From: an uncultured delta proteobacterium | GTDB lineage: Bacteria; Myxococcota_A; Polyangia; Fen-1088 | Assembly: GCA_963737265.1 (NCBI GenBank) | Contig: CAVTRY010000006.1 | Coordinates: 1-64,000 of the forward strand | Direction: 5' to 3' | DNA: 64,000 nt | Part shown: one piece after another, positions 1 to 9,689 of the stretch | How the letters are laid out: each line of letters begins with the position of its first letter | How positions within the stretch are numbered: position 1 is the stretch's first letter | Made by a program: the position numbers and the translations under genes | The notes under the pieces: generated by a model | Seen by the model: only the letters and a program-made list of their open reading frames with translations | The model's database searches: none | What the model was told of the DNA's origin: nothing

Positions 1-2541
1 GTATCATCCGCAGCCCCCGGGCGCGGATTAAGACAAGGACACGGTGCGAAGAATTGACCTTGCCCTGAGACTATCATCCGTTCTTCATTCTCCAAGAAAG
101 AATCGTGAGAGGGTTCTGCACTACCCCCGAGGAGGTACCGTGGCGCGACGACTTTTCAGCGGTCGTGGCATGAGGCTCCCTGTGGCAGGCTACAGGCTTC
201 AGGCGATAGTGCAGGCTCATCGGGTCTGGCGTATCGGTTGGGTCCCTGAATACCAAAATTCCTCGCCTCACACCATACGGCGCGCTCCCTCGACAGATGG
301 GGTAGCCCATCGCCGCCCCGACCAAACAACCTGGTGCCCTGTAACCCGTAGCCTGAAGCCTCAAATATTATGCGCGGAACAAATCACATGCGCGAGAGAG
401 GGGCGGAACATGTCATACGCTGGGCACCTAAGAGAGTGGGTTCGGCGAGCGAATCATCCTCGTCGGCGGGAGTCCAAACAACCTCAAGCCCAAGCAAGGC
501 GCTCGCTGGAACACCGCCAAGCTCACCCAACACGGGTGTTGATGTCGTGGCGTTGTTCGACCTTCTTCACGCCATCGAGCGGTAGGCGGGTGGCCACAAG
601 GAGGGGTGACCACGAGAAAACTCCAGGGTTAGTTGATCGACGGCTGGAAGCGGCGTCCGACCCGGGCACCTGACCTTCGGCACCGCGCACGTGATCTAGC
701 GGAAACGCGAGCGCTCGGCCATGGCAGCGCCGATCGACCGGGCTTTCGCTGTGTTGGTCACGCTGAACGGCCTGGGCGCCTCGACCAGGCTATAGCGAAT
801 GGAATCCTCTCGCGCATCAGTTCCAGCGCCGTCGGGCGGAGAAGCTCGGCCAGGCCCGCTTCGGAAGAGGTGTCGCCCTTGCTGGCGAACTCCTCAAGTC
901 GCTTCTGGATGCCCCGCGCTCAGCGGCCCGCAACCGAGCTGAACCTTGTAGACCGTAGGCTCTATTTTCCACGGATGCGGCCACATCGTCGTATTCATCA
1001 TTATACCTGCCATCGGCCCCGCCGTAGCGGCGGGACGCGCGCCGCAGGGAGCGAACGACCATCACCGCGCCGACTCACACGAAAAGAATCATGAGCGTGC
1101 CCATCATCCCCATGCCGCCGCCTTTCACCCACCCGCCATGACGCCAACCCAAGCCTGGAGAGTAACACTTAACTCTACCTGCCCCCTAATATTGCGGCTG
1201 CCTGAAAGGCTGCGGTCGCCCGCCCGAGCTCGAACGAAATCCGCTCAAACCTCCGAAGCCTGCTGCCCGATTTGGGGCCGGCGTAGGCCCAACTCTCTAA
1301 AACGACCAGCAAACACACAAGGGTAATCCATCGGAGCGCGCGCATCATGGCGTCCTCACACAAAGAGGGGCCGGGGAGGCGAAAAGCAAAGGAGGATTAC
1401 CACGGTGCGTGCAGCCGGAGTGCTGCAATGGCCACGGGAACCTCCGCGACGGAATCGCTGGCTGCACCGCTTATGCCCGCGCTCTGTTGTTCTAACTCCG
1501 ATGAATCTCTGGCGCAGGCCACGAAAATGCAACCCCAATGGGCTTCCGTTGCTGGCTCGCGATGAAACTACGCATAAGCGCGTGCCATAGAGCGCGCGAT
1601 AGAGCCTGGATGAAGGGTGGATGGAAAATTTGCTCTCGGCCAGGGGGCGCGTAGCGTGAGGGGCGATGACGTCCACGTTGCAATTTCAGAAGCATCTACG
1701 CCCCGGCCGGCTGCGACGGCTATCTGACCCGCCGACAGGCGGCCCGCGCGCTCGGATTTACCAGCGAGTTCAAGATCCGCGAGTTCAAAGGGAAGGCGCG
1801 CTGCACTCGGTGCGCGGGCCCATGCGGGCGGCGTTCTACCCGCGCGAGGAAATCCTGGCGCTCAAGGCGCAGCTGGCCTTGCGCGAGCCTGGGCCGCGCC
1901 CGAGAACGAGTGGACCGACGCTGAGCTTATCGCGCTCTTGCGCCATCCGACTCGCGCGGGGCAACCACGTACGGCCCTCGATTTCTCGTGCTTGAAACCC
2001 AAATCAGCATCGAGCGCGCCGAACGCGTCTGTTGTTTTCTGGCCGCCAGCGAAGCTACGCCCGCTCCGAAGCCCGCCCGCCCCGCCAGGGCGTCAGCCGA
2101 TCGGCAGGTGTCGCCATCGCGAAATCGAAGCTATCTCCACGTCCATCGCAGCGCGTTGGCGAGCTCCCCGATTGCTTTGCGTTCGGCCGCGGGGACTGTG
2201 TTCAGCGGCTGAGGATTGCCTTGAGCTCCCCCTTTTTACCTGTGATGGTGGCGCTTCCGCGTCGCGCAGCGCCTGCTCGGTCGTCGCCCCCCGACCGACC
2301 GTGCAACGTCGCGCGCAAGGTCTCGAGTGAGTCCCGCCATCGGAGATACCAGGGATTGACGCTTGGCGCACTCCGTACGGCACAGGCGGCGCGCACACGG
2401 CTGGTGTGCGCCGACGCAGGGCCCCTCGACGGCAGGGCAAGCGCGAGGGGTAGGGCGAGTTGCCGCGTCGCGCGCCGTCCGCCAGCTCGAGTCGCGGCAA
2501 CTCGCCCTACCCCTCGCGCTTGCCCTAGCCGTCGCCTCGCC

Positions 2542-3309
2542 CTACCTCGGCGCACGCCGGCCGTCTGCGTGCCGCCTGCGCCGTACGGAGTGCGCCAAGC
2601 GATGAATCCGGCGGACTCTCCGATGGCTGGCCCGCTCGAGACCTTGCGCGCGACGTTCCGCGGTCGATTCGAGGGGGGCGACGACCGAGCAGGCGCTGCG
2701 CAACGAGAACGCCACCATCCTCGGTAAAAGGGGGGAGCTCAAGGCGATCCTCAGCCAGCTGAACGCCGTCCCCGCGGCCGAACGCAAAGCGATCGGGGAG
2801 CTCGCCAACGCGCTGCGAAAGGACGTGGAGACGGCGTTCGAGGAGCGTCTTCGCGCGATGGCGACAGCTGGATCGGCTGACGCCCTGGCGGGGCGGGCGG
2901 GCTGCGGAGCGGGCGTAGCTTCGCTGGCGGCCAGAAAACAACAGACGCGTTCGGCGCGCTCGATGCTGATTTGGGTTTCAAGCACGAGATCGAGGGCCGT
3001 ACGTGGTTGCCCCGCGCGAGTCGGATGGCGCAAGAGCGCGATAAGCTCGGCATCGGTCCACTCGTTCTCGGGCGCGGCCGCAGGCTCGCGCAAGGCCAGC
3101 TGCGCCTTGAGCGCCAGGATTTCCTCGCGCGGGTAGAACGCCGCCCGCATGGGCCCGCGCACCGAGTGCAGCACGCCTTCCTTTTCGAACTGGCGGATCT
3201 TGAACTCGCTGGAAAATCCGAGCGCGCGGGCCGCCTGTCGGCGGGTCAGATAGCCGTCGCAGCCGGCCGGGGCGTGCGGGTGCTTCTGAAATTGCAACGT
3301 GGACGTCAT
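2542..3309 (-). CDS. Helix-turn-helix (MerR/excisionase-like) DNA-binding protein; 3' end beyond ~2870 doubtful
   Basis: YLTRRQAARALGFSSEFKIRQFEKEGVLHSVRG...FYPREEI resembles a winged HTH. The C-terminal part is antisense to the PheS-like fragment. Confidence 0.55.
   Translation of the reverse strand: MTSTLQFQKHPHAPAGCDGYLTRRQAARALGFSSEFKIRQFEKEGVLHSVRGPMRAAFYPREEILALKAQLALREPAAAPENEWTDAELIALLRHPTRAGQPRTALDLVLETQISIERAERVCCFLAASEATPAPQPARPARASADPAVAIARRRSSNAVSTSFRSALASSPIALRSAAGTAFSWLRIALSSPLLPRMVAFSLRSACSVVAPLESTAERRAQGLERASHRRVRRIHRLAHSVRRRRHADGRRAPR
2602..2880 (+). pseudogene. PheS N-terminal coiled-coil-like fragment (frameshift near 2675, no catalytic domain follows)
   Basis: Joining frames across the G-run at ~2673-2678 gives MNPADS...FEGATTEQALRNENATILGKRGELKAILSQLNAVPAAERKAIGELANALRKDVETAFEERL, which fits the LGKKGEL...ERKxIG.xxN pattern of the PheS N-terminus. 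Confidence 0.6.
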
Positions 3310-3623
3310 CGCCCCTCACGCTACGCGCCCCCTGGCCGAGAGCAAATTTTCCATCCAGCCTTCATCCAGGCTCTGTCGCGCGCTCTATCGCACGCGCTAT
3401 CGTAGTTTCATCGCGAGCCAGCAACGGAAGCCCATCGGGGATCCATCGTGGCCTAGCCGAGATTCATCGGAGTTAGAACAACAGAGCGCGGGCATAAGCG
3501 GTGCCGCTCGCGATTCCATCGCGATTCCATCGCCGTCCAGCGCTCCGGCTGCACGCACCGTGGTAATCCTCCTTTGCCTTTCGCCTCCCCGGCCGATAAG
3601 CTTGGGCAGCTTGTGAGGACCCC

Positions 3624-4565
3624 ATGATGCGCGCGCTCCGATCGATTACCCTTGTGTGTTTGCTGGTCGTTTCAAGCGTGGCCTACGCCGGCCCCAGATC
3701 GGGCAGCAGCTTCGGAGGTTTGAGCGGATTTCGTTCGAGCTCGGGCGGGCTGTCGCGCAGCCTTTCCGGCGGCCGCAGCAACTACGGGGGCGGGTCGAGT
3801 TTCGTGTTTCTGCCCAGCTTTGGTTGGGGCTATGGCGGGTGGGGGTTCGGCGGCGGCATGGGGATGATGGGCACGCTCATGATTCTTGGCATCGTTGGCG
3901 TCGGCGCGGTGATGGTCGTTCGCTCCCTGCGGCGCGCGTCCCGCCGCTACGGCGGGGCCGATGGCAGGTATAATGATGAATACGACGATGTGGCCGCATC
4001 CGTGGATCGCGCCTACGTCTACAAGGTTCAGCTCGGTTTGGGCCGCTCAGCGCGGGGCATCCAGAAGCGACTTGAGGAGTTCGCCAGCAAGGGCGACACC
4101 TCTTCCGAAGCGGGCCTGGCCGAGCTTCTCCGCCAGACGGCGCTGGAACTGATGCGCGAGAAGGATTCCATTCGCTATAGCCTGGTCGAGGCGGGCGGGC
4201 CGTTCAGCATGACCAACGGCGAAACCAAGATGAATGGCGCTGCCATGGCCGAGCGCTCGCGTTTCCAGCTCGAGCGCGTGCGCGGTGCCGAAGGTCAGGT
4301 GCGTCGCTCGGACGCCGCTGCCACCGTCGGTCGCGAAGCCCTGGAGTTTCTCGTGGTCACCCTCCTTGTGGCCACCCGCCTACCGCTCGATGGCGTGAAG
4401 AAGGTCGAAGATCGCCACGACATCGACGCCGTGTTGGGTGAGCTTGGCGGTGTTCCAGCGAGCGCCTTGCTTGGGCTTGAGGTTATTTGGACTCCCGCCG
4501 ACGAGGATGATTCGCTCACCGAGACCGATCTCATGACGACCTATCCCGAGATGCGGAGCGTATGA
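3624..4565 (+). CDS. DUF1517 domain-containing membrane protein
   Basis: Signal peptide, Gly/Ser-rich GSSFGG segment, TM helix, then VYKVQLGL...DTSSEAGLAELLRQTALEL and LEVIWTP...L..TDL...YP motifs. Confidence 0.85.
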   Translation: MMRALRSITLVCLLVVSSVAYAGPRSGSSFGGLSGFRSSSGGLSRSLSGGRSNYGGGSSFVFLPSFGWGYGGWGFGGGMGMMGTLMILGIVGVGAVMVVRSLRRASRRYGGADGRYNDEYDDVAASVDRAYVYKVQLGLGRSARGIQKRLEEFASKGDTSSEAGLAELLRQTALELMREKDSIRYSLVEAGGPFSMTNGETKMNGAAMAERSRFQLERVRGAEGQVRRSDAAATVGREALEFLVVTLLVATRLPLDGVKKVEDRHDIDAVLGELGGVPASALLGLEVIWTPADEDDSLTETDLMTTYPEMRSV

Positions 4566-4609
4566 CATGCGGCCTCTCGCGCATGTGCCGCCTTCGCGCA
4601 TGATCCTTG

Positions 4610-4797
4610 AGGCTTCAGGCTACAGACTCCAGGCCTCAGGTTGTTTGGTCGGGGCGGCGATCAGCTTCTCCAGGGCCCGAAGGAGCGCGCCGTATCGTGT
4701 GTGGCAAGGAGGTCGCGATATTCGGACCCAACCGATACGCCAGACCCGATGAGCCTGCACTATCGCCTGAAGCCTGTAGCCTGCAGCCTGAAGCCTC
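4610..4797. repeat. Inverted pair of heptameric tandem repeat tracts (GCCTGNA type)
   Basis: ggcttcaggctacagactccaggcctcagg at ~4610-4640 and cctgaagcctgtagcctgcagcctgaagcct at ~4767-4797 are mutually complementary. Confidence 0.65.
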
Positions 4798-4989
4798 ATG
4801 CCACGACCGCTGAAAAGTCGTCGCGCCACGGGAAGAACCTCGGGGGTAGTGCAGAACCCTCTCACGATTCTTTCTTGGAGAATGAACGGATGATAGTCTC
4901 GGGCAAGGTGAATTCTTCGCACCGTGTCCTTGTCTTGATCCGCGCCCGGGGTGCGGATACATTGTCGAAGAGCGAGGGTGCCGAGCACG

Positions 4990-6756
4990 ATGCATAAGCT
5001 GCTCATCGAGGACGATGAAGGGAAGACGGTCGCCGTCCCCTTGATTCGTGAGGAAATCACCATCGGTCGCCTGGAAGGCAACACGATCCGCTTGACCGAG
5101 CAGAACGTGTCGCGCAAGCACGCGCGCCTGACCCTGCACGAAAGCCGGCTCCAGATTGAAGACTTGCGGAGCTACAACGGCACGAGCCTGAACGGCAGCG
5201 CGCTATCTGGCGTCGTGATTTTGAAGGATGGCGACGTCATCATGATCGGTGACTACCGCCTCGGCATTGAGGAAGAACGGGCGAGTCAAGCAGCGCAGGT
5301 GTTCGCGGCGCCGGCAGCTCCCGCCGCCGCGCCGCCCGTCGACCAGGTCATGGACGGCCAGCCGACGATTCCCATCGCCACGCTGGCCCTGCAGACCGCC
5401 TTCTCCGAGCCCCCGGCACGCCTGATCGTCGCGGGTCGCGTCCTGCCCGGCAGCGAGTACATCCTCGATCGCGTCGCTCACGTCATCGGCCGTACCCCCG
5501 AGAACGACATCGTCCTCAACCACAAGTCCATCTCGCGCCACCACGCCAAGATCACGCGCGAGGGAAATCGCTACGTCATCCTGGATCTGGAAAGCGCGAA
5601 CGGGGTTCGCGTGGGCGGCAGCGCACAGGACCGGGCCGAGCTACAATCCGGCGACGTCATCGAGCTGGGCGAGGTCAGGCTGCGCTTCCTCACCGGCGAT
5701 GGCGCGGTTTTCGACGAGCCCCAGTCCTGGTATCGGGACAAGCGCAAGGTCGCGCTGGCCATAGGCGCGGGCGTGGTGGGGCTGGCGGTCGTGCTGGTAC
5801 TGGCCTTCTCGGGAAGCTCCGCCAAGCCGCCCGTGGAAACGAAGCGTCCGTCTCCTCCAGTGGTCGTGGAACCGGCGCCGCCGACGCCTCCCGTGCAAGA
5901 GCCAAAAGCCGCGGAGCCCCAGGTGCCGCCGCAGGTGCCGGTGGCGCAATTGCTGGCAGACGCAAAGACCGCCGCACAGGCGGAAAAGTGGGGTGAGGCG
6001 CTGGCCCTCATCACCCAAGCCACTGCGGCGGAGCCCAGCTCGGTCGAAGCTGCCGACCTGCGTAAGACGGTCGAGGGCGAAAAGGCGAACAGCGAGAAAC
6101 TGGCCGCGCTCAAGCAAGGCCTGGACAACAGAGACTACGAGGCTGTCCTAAAGGGTGCCGCGGAAATCCCTGACGACAGCATGTACAGAGCGCAAGCAAT
6201 TGAGCTGCGCAAAAGCGCGCAAAGCCAATTCGTCGCCACCCACATCGACGCGGCCAAGAGCAAGCTCGCAGCCGGCGAATGCGACGACGCTCGCCGCGAG
6301 GCGGAGCTGGTGCTGGGGTTGGAAGCGAAAAACAAGAAAGCCGCGGATGTGGTCAGGCGCTGCCAGGCCCTCGCCAACAAGCCTCAAGCCGAACCGGTGG
6401 TCGCGGCGGCGAAGCCCGCACGCCGTCGTGTCGCGGCCGTTCCGGTCGCACCGGTCGCCGTCGCGCCAAGGGCCAAGTTGCCCGAGGCTGCGAAGCCGGA
6501 AACAGCCGCGGATCCCGACAAGTTGATCAAGGATGCCCAGCAGGCCTGGTTCCGAGGCCAGTACGCCGCCGCCGTCGACTTTGCCCGCAAAGCCCTGCGC
6601 GCCAAGCCGAGCCTCACCAATGCGTACCAGATCATCGCCGTCTGTTCCTGCGCCCTCCACGACGCCGATGCGGCGGCCAAGGCTTTCGAGAAGCTGGACG
6701 AGCGCAACCGGCTGTATGTGAAGTCGGCGTGCCAGAAGAACGGTATCAGCTTCTAG
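4990..6756 (+). CDS. Double-FHA domain membrane protein with Pro-rich linker and C-terminal TPR-like region
   Basis: Two FHA motifs (IGR...VSRKHA...S.NGT and IGR...ISRHHA...SANGV), one TM helix, Pro-rich spacer, helical TPR-like C-terminus. Confidence 0.9.
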   Translation: MHKLLIEDDEGKTVAVPLIREEITIGRLEGNTIRLTEQNVSRKHARLTLHESRLQIEDLRSYNGTSLNGSALSGVVILKDGDVIMIGDYRLGIEEERASQAAQVFAAPAAPAAAPPVDQVMDGQPTIPIATLALQTAFSEPPARLIVAGRVLPGSEYILDRVAHVIGRTPENDIVLNHKSISRHHAKITREGNRYVILDLESANGVRVGGSAQDRAELQSGDVIELGEVRLRFLTGDGAVFDEPQSWYRDKRKVALAIGAGVVGLAVVLVLAFSGSSAKPPVETKRPSPPVVVEPAPPTPPVQEPKAAEPQVPPQVPVAQLLADAKTAAQAEKWGEALALITQATAAEPSSVEAADLRKTVEGEKANSEKLAALKQGLDNRDYEAVLKGAAEIPDDSMYRAQAIELRKSAQSQFVATHIDAAKSKLAAGECDDARREAELVLGLEAKNKKAADVVRRCQALANKPQAEPVVAAAKPARRRVAAVPVAPVAVAPRAKLPEAAKPETAADPDKLIKDAQQAWFRGQYAAAVDFARKALRAKPSLTNAYQIIAVCSCALHDADAAAKAFEKLDERNRLYVKSACQKNGISF

Positions 6757-6820
6757 TCTCTTCTAGCCCGCGGCCTGCCAGATGCCGGGGAATCCGTGGT
6801 ACAGTAACCGCATCCATCTC

Positions 6821-7231
6821 ATGACGACCGAGGCTCAGCCGCTCATTCGACTCGTGGCAGCTGTCATCGAACGCGATGGCCGCTACCTCATCACCCAGCG
6901 GCGCGCGACGGCGGTACTGCCCGGTCTGTGGGAATTTCCGGGCGGTCGGGTTGAAGAGGGCGAGAGTGACGAGGAAGCGCTACGTCGCGAGCTGCGCGAG
7001 CGACTTGGCGCCGAGGTCGAGGTGAAGGGCCGGATGGCCCATCGAGTTCACAGCTACCACGGGTACTCGGTGGACTTGAATCTGTTCCAGGCGACGATTC
7101 CGCCCGGCCAGGAGCCCCAGGCACTGCGCGTGGCGGAGGCGCGCTGGGTGGCCTCGGGAGAATTCGAGAAGTACAAGTTCCCCGCCGCGGATCAGGCTAC
7201 CACCGACTTGCTGCTCGGGTTCCGGCGCTAG
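6821..7231 (+). CDS. MutT/NudG-family NUDIX hydrolase
   Basis: WEFPGGRVEEGESDEEALRRELRERLG Nudix box. Confidence 0.9.
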   Translation: MTTEAQPLIRLVAAVIERDGRYLITQRRATAVLPGLWEFPGGRVEEGESDEEALRRELRERLGAEVEVKGRMAHRVHSYHGYSVDLNLFQATIPPGQEPQALRVAEARWVASGEFEKYKFPAADQATTDLLLGFRR

Positions 7232-7243
7232 CTAATCGGAAGA

Positions 7244-7747
7244 TTAGGGCGAGGGCGCGCAGACTTTGACGATCGTGCTGGGCGTGGCATTCGCCACCAA
7301 GGCGATGGTTCCGTGGGTGCTGGAGGTCGACAGCACACCCTCGATGCCGGCTTCGCGGCACGCGTAGCCACTTCGGCAGTCGCTGTTGCTACCGCACGTC
7401 CGCTCGCAATAGCGGTGCTCGTCTACGCGCGCTGCGCAGAAGCCGTCGGGCAGGCAGAGCTGGTCGCTTGTGCACAGGGAATCTTGCACTTGGGAATTTT
7501 GCACGCACGACGGGCCGGGAGACACGGACGGGAAGACGCGAATGCACACGCCCTCCGACGGGCAAGACTGCTCGTCGCAGCCGAGGATCGTGCAATAACC
7601 TCCCGGTTGGGACAGATCGCAATCGCGCGTGCCGTCCTGGGCACAGTCGACGTTGGTACTACATGTGTCGCCTATTTCCTTGCCGCAGCCCTGGACGAGC
7701 ACGGCGGTGGCGGCGAGCAGGGCGAATAGAAAGGGCGAGCGAGGCAC
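7244..7747 (-). CDS. Cysteine-rich lipoprotein
   Basis: Lipobox LVQGC and many Cys (IGDTC...DC...CDLSQPGGYCT). GTG start inferred. Confidence 0.75.
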   Translation of the reverse strand: MPRSPFLFALLAATAVLVQGCGKEIGDTCSTNVDCAQDGTRDCDLSQPGGYCTILGCDEQSCPSEGVCIRVFPSVSPGPSCVQNSQVQDSLCTSDQLCLPDGFCAARVDEHRYCERTCGSNSDCRSGYACREAGIEGVLSTSSTHGTIALVANATPSTIVKVCAPSP

Positions 7748-7778
7748 GGCGGGAGTATTTGCCACAAAAGGGACGGAA

Positions 7779-8573
7779 TCAACGAAGGACTGCTCCAATC
7801 ACCATGGTGAGCAGGAAGCCGAGCACGACGCCCGTCGATGCCGTGCCTTCGTGGCCGTGGCTATGGGATTCGGGAATGACTTCGTTCGAGGTCACGTAAA
7901 TGAGTATGCCGCCAGCGAGCGCGAGCACGAAGGGAAGGGTGCTGGTGGCCGAGGCAGATAGCGCGTGTCCCAAGATGGCTCCCAAGGGAACCGCCAGACC
8001 GCTCGCAGCAACGACCAATAGGCCGCGCAAGGGCGAAACACCGGAGAGGCGCAAGGGCGCGCCCATCACCACCCCTTCGCAAATATTTTGGATGCCCACC
8101 GACATGACCAGCAGCCAGCCCAAGCGCGAGCCGTGGCCAGACGCGAAGCCGGCGCCGATAGCCAACCCTTCGGGAATGCGATGGATGCTGAGCGCTCCGA
8201 CAATGGCGTAGCTGCGGCGGAGATCCTCGGCGTGCTCCTCGTGAGGCAGGTCGTCGAGGCCGATGTGGTGGTGATGACCGCCAGCGTGCCGGTGCGGGAT
8301 GAAGCGATCCATCAGGGCGGCGACCACCACGCCGAGGAGAAACCCCAGCACGACCTTACCGAGGTGCGTGCCATCGAGTCCGGCGGTGGTTTGCACGCCG
8401 TCCAAGGCTTCGGCAAGCAGGCCCAGTGTCGCCGCCGCCAGCATGAGGCCTGCGCCCAGGCCAAGAATGCCGTCGTACGCCCGGCGGGGAAGCTTGCGGA
8501 AAAAGAAAAACGGAGATGCCCCGAGACCCGTGGCCAGGCCAGTCAGGGACGCTGCGATGAGGGCTTGCTGCAT
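7779..8573 (-). CDS. ZIP (ZupT/GufA) family metal transporter
   Basis: LATGLGA, GLMLAAA, His-rich loop, IHRIPEGLAIG, IQNICEG, EVIPESHSHG. Confidence 0.9.
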   Translation of the reverse strand: MQQALIAASLTGLATGLGASPFFFFRKLPRRAYDGILGLGAGLMLAAATLGLLAEALDGVQTTAGLDGTHLGKVVLGFLLGVVVAALMDRFIPHRHAGGHHHHIGLDDLPHEEHAEDLRRSYAIVGALSIHRIPEGLAIGAGFASGHGSRLGWLLVMSVGIQNICEGVVMGAPLRLSGVSPLRGLLVVAASGLAVPLGAILGHALSASATSTLPFVLALAGGILIYVTSNEVIPESHSHGHEGTASTGVVLGFLLTMVIGAVLR

Positions 8574-8624
8574 GGAACGGGGCGTTCTTACCACGCCCCG
8601 GCTTTGGAGTATGCTGCACCCGAA

Positions 8625-9097
8625 ATGGTTGCCTATCTCGGGTTGGGATCCAATCTTGGCGACCGAGCGGCCGAGCTCGCGATGGCTATCCGGGCTTTGG
8701 CGCAGCTAGGCCGGGTGGCCGCAGCCAGCGCTTTTTACGAAACCCTGCCCGAGGGTGGCGTCGACCAGCCCAAGTACGCCAACGCCGTCGTGCGCCTGGA
8801 AACCGACCTCTCCGCGCGTGCTCTCCTGCAGGCATGCCTGCGCATCGAGAAGGCGCAGGGGCGCATTCGGCCGAGCGGGGCGATCAAGGCGCCTCGAACC
8901 ATCGACATCGATCTACTGCTCTACGGTTCTGAGGTGATTTCGGAGCCGGGACTCTGCGTTCCCCACCCGATGCTTCTCGCACGCTCTTTCGTGCGCGTCC
9001 CGCTGGTCGAGGTGGCGTCGCAGGGCTGCGTCACCCGGTTGCGGGTGACCTCCTCGATCGCTGCAACCCAGATGCGACGGTTCGGCGCCTGGGCTAA
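8625..9097 (+). CDS. folK: 2-amino-4-hydroxy-6-hydroxymethyldihydropteridine diphosphokinase (apparent frameshift near 9020)
   Basis: AYLGLGSNLGDR, PRTIDIDLLLYG, PHP...RSFV..PL. The alternate frame gives GLRHPVAG...LG* ending at 9097. Confidence 0.9.
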
Positions 9098-9478
9098 CTA
9101 CTTTTGGCCGTCTTCGTCCGCGGGGAGCTCGTCATAGGTGACTTCCACCTTCCACTCCTCGGCCAGCCATTCGAGCAGACCGGACTCGCGCCCTTCGACG
9201 GCGTCTTTCATGGCAGCTTCGATCACCGAGCCGTAGATCACCTCGCGTGCTTCCTGCCGGTCGATCTTGGACAGAAACTGGCGCAGCGACTCTTCGTCGG
9301 GGAAGCGCTTGTCGACTTCGTCCACAGCGGATTGGTAGGAGTCTTCGCCGATGGCATCGATGATCGCGGAAATCTCCTGCTCCTCGTCTTCGGTCAGGTG
9401 ACCGCTGGCCAGGATCACGAATTCCAGCAGGCCCGCGAGAGCGACCTGTTCGTCTTTGTTGAGGTCGGCAATTTCCAT
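9098..9478 (-). CDS. Acidic helical hypothetical protein (TerB-like)
   Basis: ILASGHLTEDEEQEI and AAMKDAVEGRESGLLEWLAEEW resemble TerB-fold repeats. Upstream GGAG RBS. Confidence 0.6.
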   Translation of the reverse strand: MEIADLNKDEQVALAGLLEFVILASGHLTEDEEQEISAIIDAIGEDSYQSAVDEVDKRFPDEESLRQFLSKIDRQEAREVIYGSVIEAAMKDAVEGRESGLLEWLAEEWKVEVTYDELPADEDGQK

Positions 9479-9689
9479 TGGCGTCTCCTGGGATGAGCTT
9501 ACACCAACAGCAGGTATGTGCTTCTATGGAAACCCTAGAAGGGTTTCCACACCCTCGGTACCACCTCCCCACCCTCCACACCCATCGCTGCGCTCGGTCT
9601 CGCGCGCGCTGGCTCCGCTAGCGGAACCACCCGCGACGGAATTCGCGTGAAGTGACCCACGCGGTCGAGGATAATCTGCAGCCCTTCCC

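Larger units (their letters stand above)
1..4960. repeat. Long inverted repeat (fold-back), centre ~2480; left arm is an error-rich reverse complement of the right arm
   Basis: Bases 1-110 match the reverse complement of 4861-4960. Fragmented copies of the DUF1517 and HTH genes appear in the left arm. Centre reads gggtagggcgagttgccgcg...cgcggcaactcgccctaccc. Confidence 0.95.

Noticed and set aside
44-2480. ORFs in the left arm as separate paralogues or pseudogenes of DUF1517 and the HTH gene
   Set aside because: They are indel-ridden mirror copies within the fold-back, best explained as read error.
9531-9660. Possible degenerate repeat or MITE remnants in intergenic DNA (also ~28140-28220 and ~39165-39200)
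   Set aside because: Only vague mutual similarity; no TIR/TSD pair could be established by eye.
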